The notes below the pieces were generated by a model, which searched no databases, was not told where the DNA came from, and worked only from the letters and a program-made list of their open reading frames with translations. This document shows, one piece after another, positions 57,430 through 64,000 of a stretch of DNA of 64,000 nt. Position 1 is the first letter of the stretch. Each line of letters begins with the position of its first letter. Both the position numbers and the translations under genes were made by a program. The DNA comes from an uncultured bacterium (GTDB lineage Bacteria > Patescibacteriota > Minisyncoccia > Moranbacterales > GWC2-37-73): the NCBI GenBank assembly GCA_903851135.1, contig CAINNK010000045.1:28289-92288 (forward strand). Direction: 5' to 3'.

Positions 57430-57957
57430 TTAGTTTGTTGGCTGGCTATTTCTCATGCCTAATCCACGTCCTCCCATGCGCCCGAATCCACCGAAAAGAT
57501 ATTGCACATCTATGCCATTTTGCTTGGCCCAGTCTGTCAGATCCTGCTTATTTTTTTGCATAGCAGCTTGTCTTTGCGCCTGTGTCATGGCTTTGAAATT
57601 AGCCATTTGTGCGGCGCGATTGGTTGCTAGTTCTTGATGTTTGTTAATAATAAGTGTTTCTTGCGCGGCTGTAATTTTTCCAGCTGTGACATCTTGATCA
57701 AGCTTGGTTTTAAATTGAGCTTCCATTTGAGTTTGGCGATCTTGACGATATTGATCAACAACTGATTGAACATCACTTTGATTCAAGTTGAATTTTTGAG
57801 CGATCATTTGAACCAGAGTTGTTTTCGAACTAGTGTCAGCAAAAGCCTTGCCTATTCCTAGTGCAGTGACCCCAGAAACAGCAGTGATGGCTAGAGTAGC
57901 CATAATCAACTTCTTTCTATTGGTTAAAGTTTTCTTTAATGTATTTTTTGTAAACAT
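57430..57957 (-). CDS. Secreted helical hypothetical protein
   Basis: Signal-peptide-like 'AFA|D'; 'IAQKFNLNQSDVQSV', 'GKITAAQ', 'WAKQNGI'. Confidence 0.8.
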   Translation of the reverse strand: MFTKNTLKKTLTNRKKLIMATLAITAVSGVTALGIGKAFADTSSKTTLVQMIAQKFNLNQSDVQSVVDQYRQDRQTQMEAQFKTKLDQDVTAGKITAAQETLIINKHQELATNRAAQMANFKAMTQAQRQAAMQKNKQDLTDWAKQNGIDVQYLFGGFGRMGGRGLGMRNSQPTN

Positions 57958-58080
57958 ATTTTTTTGGTAATTTAAGTAATTATATTTTTGTGTCGACTCG
58001 GTGGATATTTAATAAATAAAATATCCAGCACAACTATCTTAAAAAAATTATAGCTAAAGCAGTTTATGCTTCTGCTACTT

Positions 58081-58109
58081 ATTACGATTCCGTTGGAATT
58101 CTAGGTGCA
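58081..58109 (-). promoter_or_regulatory. ECF-sigma-type promoter
   Basis: Minus strand TGCACC-N17-CGTAAT. Confidence 0.55.
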
Positions 58110-58180
58110 AAAAATAATATTAGTTGCATTGAAAATAAAAAACACTCCTTAATAAAAAGGAGTGTTAGTAATCTCTCTTA

Positions 58181-58366
58181 TTATTCCTCCTCCTTTTCCG
58201 CAGGGGATTTTTCTATAAGTTTTTTAATTTCACGGACGAATTCCAATTTAGCCTCTAACATGCTTTCTTTCATTTTTAGATGAGCTAATTTAAATTCTTT
58301 TCCGCATTTTTTGTGCATTTCCATGCCACAAGAGCCTTCCATACCTTCACTTTTTTCATTAAACAT
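58181..58366 (-). CDS. Small hypothetical protein (Met/Cys/His-rich N-terminus)
   Basis: 61 aa, with its own leader and a downstream hairpin. Confidence 0.6.
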   Translation of the reverse strand: MFNEKSEGMEGSCGMEMHKKCGKEFKLAHLKMKESMLEAKLEFVREIKKLIEKSPAEKEEE

Positions 58367-58417
58367 ATTTTTATTGTAAATAAAGAAATTATAATTTTGT
58401 GTCGACCACTAATGTCT

Positions 58418-58445
58418 ACTACGGGTAGAAAATAATTTTCTTGCA
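58418..58445 (-). promoter_or_regulatory. ECF-sigma-type promoter
   Basis: Minus strand TGCAAG-N16-CGTAGT. Confidence 0.45.
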
Positions 58446-58467
58446 TAGGAGTTCATGTGTCAGAAGT

Positions 58468-58496
58468 TGCACCCAATGATTTATGCAATTCGTATT
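58468..58496 (+). promoter_or_regulatory. ECF-sigma-type promoter
   Basis: TGCACC-N17-CGTATT. Confidence 0.55.
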
Positions 58497-58529
58497 AAAT
58501 ATATGTAATAAAAATAAAATAAAAACCTT

Positions 58530-59183
58530 ATGACGCATAAAAATAAATTGTATGCTGCAGGGACTGCTATTTGTGTGGTAGCTATAGGAGCTGTTGTTTT
58601 TTATTTGATAAAAAACAATTCAGGCAGTAAGACCGCTTCTGCTGATCAAGCCAATCTAGCACAAAACGATACTAGTCAAAATTTACAAAATCAGCCGAGT
58701 GAGAACCCAGTTAATGATTCTGCTACGCCTATTGCGCCATCTTCAGATAATTCAACCGCCGACTCAAATAGTCCTTCTGATACGACAAATTCCACTTCAA
58801 ATCCTGCCACAAGTGGCGCGCCAGGTCGCGGGCCAATGGCGAATATCCCAGCTGGTTCAAAGCCAATTTTTGGACAAGTCACTTCAGTGAGTGGTTCTCA
58901 AATTGTTGTTACCACTATGGGCAGACGAGGTAACCCCGCTACTTCCAGTGGCACTGCAACGGACTCAACAACAACTCCAACAAAAACTACAATTAATGTG
59001 ACAATTACTAGTAGCACAATCTTTAGCGGGGGCACTAAAGATGCAATAGTAGTTGGAACAAGGATATTTGGTTATGGAGTTGCTAATGCTGATGGTAGTA
59101 TTAATGCCACCAATATTCAGATAAACCCAACTAGACCATCAGGCGGTGGATTTAATCGAGGAGGGCAAAATCAAGGTCAATAA
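58530..59183 (+). CDS. Membrane-anchored DUF5666-like OB-fold protein
   Basis: TM, S/T/N linker, 'GQVTSVSGSQIVV..VG....G..NADGSINATNIQI'. Confidence 0.65.
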   Translation: MTHKNKLYAAGTAICVVAIGAVVFYLIKNNSGSKTASADQANLAQNDTSQNLQNQPSENPVNDSATPIAPSSDNSTADSNSPSDTTNSTSNPATSGAPGRGPMANIPAGSKPIFGQVTSVSGSQIVVTTMGRRGNPATSSGTATDSTTTPTKTTINVTITSSTIFSGGTKDAIVVGTRIFGYGVANADGSINATNIQINPTRPSGGGFNRGGQNQGQ

Positions 59184-59262
59184 ATTGAAAAAACAAACTG
59201 CCAGTGGTGGCAGTTTTAGGTTTGTTTATCTGATTTAGTTATTGGTGCTATAATGTAGTCAT

Positions 59263-60090
59263 ATGCTTACCAAAAATGGTGTAAAATTAAATAGTATTAT
59301 CAAGGTCGAAAATCTTACCAAGAAATTTGGAGATTTTGTGGCTCTTGACTCAGTTTCTTTTGATGTAAAGAAAGGTGAGATTTTTGCATTTCTTGGTCCT
59401 AATGGCGCCGGAAAAAGTACAATGATAAAAATATTGATTACACTGCTTTCATCCACTGATGGCAGTGGTATTATTAATGGTTTTAGTCTTATTGAAAATC
59501 CTGCACAGGTTCGTAAATCTATTGGCTATGTCCCACAAATGATTTCGGTGGATGGGGCTCTAACTGCCTATGAAAATATGATGCTTATGGCTTCATTATA
59601 TGATGTTCCAAGAAAAGAGAGGCAAAAAAGAATAAGAGAAATTTTAGTGTTTCTTAAGCTGGAAAAATTTGAGAAAACCTTAGTAAAGAATTTTTCTGGT
59701 GGCATGATTAGGAAATTGGAAATAGGGCAAGCCATGCTTCATCATCCGCCCGTTCTTTTTTTAGATGAACCGACCACAGGGCTTGACCCAATTGGAAGAC
59801 AAGATGTGTGGGAGCATTTATTAGAACTGCGTGATAAGTTCAATACTACTATTTTTTTCACTACTCACTATATGGAGGAAGCGGAGGACGTGAGTGACCG
59901 AATTGCCATAATGAATCAGGGAAAGCTGGCTGTTATTGGCACAGTATCCGAACTTAAGAAGAAAACAAAAAAAGCTAACGCAACTCTGGATGACGCTTTC
60001 ATCTTTTTTACTGGAGGAGAATTGTCTGAAGATAGAAGTAATTTTCGTGATATAAAAAGAGGAAGAGCGATGGAAAGAAAGTTAGGATAA
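59263..60090 (+). CDS. ABC transporter ATP-binding protein (DrrA-like)
   Basis: 'GPNGAGKS', 'FSGGM', 'LDEPTTGLDP', 'TTHY'. Confidence 0.95.
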   Translation: MLTKNGVKLNSIIKVENLTKKFGDFVALDSVSFDVKKGEIFAFLGPNGAGKSTMIKILITLLSSTDGSGIINGFSLIENPAQVRKSIGYVPQMISVDGALTAYENMMLMASLYDVPRKERQKRIREILVFLKLEKFEKTLVKNFSGGMIRKLEIGQAMLHHPPVLFLDEPTTGLDPIGRQDVWEHLLELRDKFNTTIFFTTHYMEEAEDVSDRIAIMNQGKLAVIGTVSELKKKTKKANATLDDAFIFFTGGELSEDRSNFRDIKRGRAMERKLG

Positions 60091-60097
60091 ACAAAAT

Positions 60098-60874
60098 ATG
60101 TTGAATTACATTCTACAAACAATTACAAAATCATATATCATGGCTAAAATGGAAATAGTCAAGCTTTTACATGATCCGACAGAACTTATTACAAGGGCGG
60201 TGCAGCCAATTCTTTGGCTAGGAATTTTTGGAGAAGCGCTCAGTAAGGTCAGAGCTATACCTACTGGCGATTATACTTATCTTCAATTCATTACTCCTGG
60301 TATCCTGACCCAATCTGTCGTATTTGTGGCAATTTTCTATGGCTTATCGGTTATTTGGGAGCGAGATACTGGAATTTTGCAAAAAATTCTTGTCACTCCA
60401 ACACCCAGGCTGGCCTTGGTTTGGGGAAAAATGATTTCCGCTAGTGTCCGCGGCTTGGCGCAAGCCGTGATTATTTTTCTTTTTGCTATTATTTTGCGCA
60501 TCAACCTCAATCTTACATTTATATCAGTTGCGGGCGTAGTATTGATTGTGCTGCTTGGAGCTTCTTTTTTCACAGGACTTTCTATGATTATCGCTTCAAT
60601 AGTGAAAACTAGGGAGAGGTTTATGGGAATAGGGCAGGTCATAACTCTTCCACTTTTCTTTGCTTCTAATGCTATTTATCCGATTAGTATAATGCCGGAA
60701 TGGCTTCAAATTGTCGCGAAAGTGAATCCGTTGAGCTATATGGTAGACGGCCTAAGAGCGCTTATTGTTTCGGGAAATTATTCTAGTTTGCCTTTGGATA
60801 TATTCGTGCTATTTTTTGCCACTTTTTTCATTTCACTTTTGAGTACCTATATGTATCCTAAAGTTGTTATATAG
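60098..60874 (+). CDS. ABC-2 type permease
   Basis: Six TMs; 'ERDTG', 'MPEWLQIVAKVNPLSY'. Confidence 0.93.
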   Translation: MLNYILQTITKSYIMAKMEIVKLLHDPTELITRAVQPILWLGIFGEALSKVRAIPTGDYTYLQFITPGILTQSVVFVAIFYGLSVIWERDTGILQKILVTPTPRLALVWGKMISASVRGLAQAVIIFLFAIILRINLNLTFISVAGVVLIVLLGASFFTGLSMIIASIVKTRERFMGIGQVITLPLFFASNAIYPISIMPEWLQIVAKVNPLSYMVDGLRALIVSGNYSSLPLDIFVLFFATFFISLLSTYMYPKVVI

Positions 60875-60907
60875 AAAACTAACATTAAAATAATTCAAAA
60901 TAAAAAA

Positions 60908-61258
60908 ATGAATATAAAAAATGATACGCGGCCCTGGGGATTTTTCCGTCAATTTACTGAAAATGAACCTTCCACGATAAAAATAATAAGTGTGGATGCT
61001 GGTCATAGACTTAGTCTGCAATATCACAATAAGCGCGATGAATTTTGGGTTGTTCTTTCTGGTAATCCTGTTATTAGGATAGGCGAAACAGTCACTCACG
61101 CTATTGCCGGAGAAGAGTTTTCTATTCCAAAAAAGACAAATCATAGAATAGAAGCGTTAGAAAATAATGTGCAAGTGCTTGAAATCGCTTTTGGAGATTT
61201 TGATGAAAATGACATTGTCAGAATTGAAGATGCTTATGGGAGAATTCCTCAAAAATAA
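60908..61258 (+). CDS. Mannose-6-phosphate isomerase type II C-terminal cupin
   Basis: 'RPWG', 'LSLQYH..R.EFW', 'DENDIVRIEDAYGR'. Confidence 0.92.
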   Translation: MNIKNDTRPWGFFRQFTENEPSTIKIISVDAGHRLSLQYHNKRDEFWVVLSGNPVIRIGETVTHAIAGEEFSIPKKTNHRIEALENNVQVLEIAFGDFDENDIVRIEDAYGRIPQK

Positions 61259-61279
61259 AAAGTTATTTAAGTTTTCATT

Positions 61280-63106
61280 TTGAAAAAAGAAACAACAAAA
61301 AAACAAAAAATAATACATCCTCTTGCAGTTACGGAATTTCAAGGGAAAGTCGTATTTTTTTGTGTTGAGCATGACCGGGAAAGCGCCGAACTTTTTTTGT
61401 ATGAAAATATTGGAGAAAAATTCAAAGAAATAAATTCTTTGCAAATTTTTTCCGAAAAAGGCAAAAAGAAACATCTGACAAATTGTCGTAACTTTCATTT
61501 TTTTCAATGTGATAATATTTGGTATTTGACCTATTCTCAAGAGCACACAAAACTCTTTAAGAAAAAGATGCGCACAGTTATTGCAAAATCTGTCGATCTG
61601 GAGCGCTTTGATATTGAGGATGAATTGGATGGCGAGTTTCCAGAGGCGTTTTCTGTTGTTTCGAGCCATCTTCACAGAAAAAATTTTCTGGCTTATTTTG
61701 GAAAAAGATCTATTTATGCAGCGGCATCAAAGAACTTGGAAGACTGGCATGTTTCTGGCGAGATCCTAGCGCCACGCAAAGGATTTTTTGATGATGAGAG
61801 ACTTTATTTTTTGGATGCGATAAAAACAGACCGTGGAATATTGGTTATCTATGAATCGAAAAAAAATTCCAAAAGAGGTCAACAAATAATGATAGGAGCT
61901 GCCTTGTTTGCCCTGGATCAACCGTACAAAATTTTATGGAGATCCAACGAACCTATTTGGATAAAGACCTTACAAGAAAAAGAATATCCATTGAGATATT
62001 TAGGTTTAATTATTACCAATGGCATATTGCATATCTATTGGGTGACAAACAAAAATGAAATAAGTTCAGAAGCCATCAAGCCTGCCATTGTTGGAATTGG
62101 AAGTTTGCAAAAAAGGCCTAGTCATCTCAGTAGGCATCATAGTAATCCAATACTTGAGCCGAATCAGAAAAATATTTGGGAATATGACGCAACATTTAAT
62201 CCAGCAGCTCTGCACTTGGAAAACAAAATTCATTTAATTTATCGAGCAATTGGGGAAAGTGGCGTATCAGTATTTGGCTATGCTTCCTCGCAGGATGGAT
62301 TAAAAATAGATGAGCGACTTGAAAGTCCAGCATTCGCCGCAATGTTATTTCATGGTGATCCAAAAAAGACAGAACTACTTCTTTCTCCACAATATGTTTC
62401 AGGTGGAAGTTGGGTTGGTTGCGAGGATCCACGTTTGACGCAAATTGGCGATCGTATCTATATGACATATGTTGCATTTGATGGATGTAATCCTCCGGGT
62501 GTGGCGTTGACGTCCATAAGTGTGCATGATTTTCTGCATAAAAATTGGAAATGGAAAAAACCAGTGCTCATTTCAAAGGCTGGAGAAATACAAAAAAACT
62601 GGATGTTATTTCCAGAAAAAATAAATGGCAAATATGCAATTTTGCACAGTATTACCCCGCACATTGCAGTGGCATATGTTGATGATTTGAATGAGGAAGG
62701 GTTGGTAATTCATAGTGGCAAAAAACCCGGAGAAGATAATCATAGGTGGGATAATATTGTTCGAGGTGCTGGCGCTCCACCAATTAAAACAGATTACGGC
62801 TGGCTGGTTTTGTATCATGCTATGGACAAAAAAGATCCTGACAAATATAAAGTTGGTGCAATGATTTTGGATCGCAGTGATCCGACAAAAATTTTATATC
62901 GCGCATCTCACCCAATATTGGAACCTTCTGAAACTTATGAAAACAATGGAGCCAAATCAGGAGTAGTTTATGTCTGTGGGGCAGTTATAAAAGAAGATAT
63001 ACTGTTTGTATATTATGGTGGAGCTGATAGTGTTGTATGTGTGGCTACGGCAAATATACATGAATTTTTGCGTGATATAATGAGAGAGGCTATTACTGGC
63101 ATGTAG
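61280..63106 (+). CDS. GH130-family glycosidase/mannoside phosphorylase (two beta-propellers, the N-terminal one degenerate)
   Basis: 'NPIL.P', 'FNPAA', 'GCEDPR', 'KNWMLFPEKING', 'YYGGAD'. Confidence 0.85.
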   Translation: MKKETTKKQKIIHPLAVTEFQGKVVFFCVEHDRESAELFLYENIGEKFKEINSLQIFSEKGKKKHLTNCRNFHFFQCDNIWYLTYSQEHTKLFKKKMRTVIAKSVDLERFDIEDELDGEFPEAFSVVSSHLHRKNFLAYFGKRSIYAAASKNLEDWHVSGEILAPRKGFFDDERLYFLDAIKTDRGILVIYESKKNSKRGQQIMIGAALFALDQPYKILWRSNEPIWIKTLQEKEYPLRYLGLIITNGILHIYWVTNKNEISSEAIKPAIVGIGSLQKRPSHLSRHHSNPILEPNQKNIWEYDATFNPAALHLENKIHLIYRAIGESGVSVFGYASSQDGLKIDERLESPAFAAMLFHGDPKKTELLLSPQYVSGGSWVGCEDPRLTQIGDRIYMTYVAFDGCNPPGVALTSISVHDFLHKNWKWKKPVLISKAGEIQKNWMLFPEKINGKYAILHSITPHIAVAYVDDLNEEGLVIHSGKKPGEDNHRWDNIVRGAGAPPIKTDYGWLVLYHAMDKKDPDKYKVGAMILDRSDPTKILYRASHPILEPSETYENNGAKSGVVYVCGAVIKEDILFVYYGGADSVVCVATANIHEFLRDIMREAITGM

Positions 63107-63133
63107 CTGTGAGAAATAATTAATGAAAAAAAT

Positions 63134-64000
63134 ATGTTTGTAGTTAGAAAATCAACGCACAATCCTTTGCTCAAGCCCGTAGCTGATCATTCTTGGGAAT
63201 CTTTTGCAGCTTTCAATTGGTGTCCTGTTCAAGACAAACACAAAGTTCATTGTGTATACAGAGCCGAATCCGGGGTGGAATATATTCATGGGAAGGAACT
63301 GCGCGTTTCAACTATTGGCTGGGCGCAAAGCTCTGATGGTCATCATTTTGACAAACGCAGACAACTTATTGTGCCTGAGCATGATTGGGAACAATTTGGG
63401 TGTGAGGATCCACGAGTTACAAAAATTGGCAACACTTATTATATTTTTTATACTGCTCTTTCAACTTTTCCATTTTCTGCAGATGGCATCAAGATTGCTG
63501 TGGCAACAACTAAGGATTTTAAAAAAATTCATGAAAAACATCTTGTTACGCCATTTAATGCAAAAGCCATGGTGCTCTTTCCAGAAAAAATAAACGGAAA
63601 ATATGTGGCTATGTTAAGCGCCCATACCGATAGGCCGCCAGTAATCACAGCAATAGCTGAGTTTGATAGTCTTGATCAATTGTGGTCGGAGCAATATTGG
63701 AAGCAGTGGCACGACAATATTGAAGAGCATAGGATCGTGCTTCGAAGAAATGAGAATGATCAAGTAGAAATTGGATCAGCGCCAATCAAGACAAAAGATG
63801 GTTGGCTTCTCATTTATTCACACATTCAAAATTATTTTTCTGATCGCAAAATTTTTGGCATTGAAGCTTTGCTTCTTGATTTGAAAAATCCGTCAAAAAT
63901 TATTGCACGTACGGATGGCCCACTTCTGGTGCCGGAGGAAATATATGAGGAATTCGGTCAGGTGCCGAATGTGATTTTTCCTTCCGGCGCTTTCGTGCAC
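63134..64000 (+). CDS. GH130-family protein (partial, runs off the window; absent from the ORF track)
   Basis: MFVVRKSTHNPLLKP..AAFN..GCEDPRVT..LFPEKINGKY. Confidence 0.88.
   Translation, partial: MFVVRKSTHNPLLKPVADHSWESFAAFNWCPVQDKHKVHCVYRAESGVEYIHGKELRVSTIGWAQSSDGHHFDKRRQLIVPEHDWEQFGCEDPRVTKIGNTYYIFYTALSTFPFSADGIKIAVATTKDFKKIHEKHLVTPFNAKAMVLFPEKINGKYVAMLSAHTDRPPVITAIAEFDSLDQLWSEQYWKQWHDNIEEHRIVLRRNENDQVEIGSAPIKTKDGWLLIYSHIQNYFSDRKIFGIEALLLDLKNPSKIIARTDGPLLVPEEIYEEFGQVPNVIFPSGAFVH

Noticed and set aside
63204-63593. 129-aa ORF in the track
   Set aside because: Wrong frame; the real gene is the GH130 starting at 63134
1-64000. Genetic code 25 (UGA=Gly)
   Set aside because: Long genes are intact under code 11, and TGA ends real genes at 40998 and 45251
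42750-64000. Direct repeat of the tRNA-Trp 3' end marking attR
   Set aside because: No copy found by eye in the window; the island right boundary remains undefined

Overview
AT-rich bacterial chromosome segment that looks like Patescibacteria/CPR (Parcubacteria-type; inferred from protein families and gene context, not from a database search). It uses the standard genetic code 11. Positions 1-42.8 kb are mostly core genes: glycosyltransferases, holB, FtsQ-like, rmuC, WecA/MraY-family, prmC-prfA, rpmE, rpsB-tsf, a PSP1/RicT-like gene, tRNA-Thr/Tyr/Thr, rpmG and tRNA-Trp. Interspersed are a VirD4-like ATPase cluster, an MntA-HepT toxin-antitoxin pair, and a REP-associated tyrosine transposase carrying its own palindromes in-frame. 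Directly after tRNA-Trp an accessory island begins: a type I RM system with an inserted HEPN gene and a membrane-anchored gene, a serine recombinase/methylase module, then MltG, an ABC transporter and GH130 genes. The non-coding DNA is unusually rich in structure: several small inverted-repeat element families sitting exactly at start or stop codons, heptamer arrays that also occur in-frame inside genes, and three matching ECF-type promoters. The best candidate for an undescribed system is a stand-alone BECR/PBECR-like nuclease gene (36406-36858). Its 3' end is overlapped by a highly structured ~130-190 nt antisense RNA with two promoters of its own, consistent with an RNA-antitoxin module. 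All family assignments are from motif recognition by eye.
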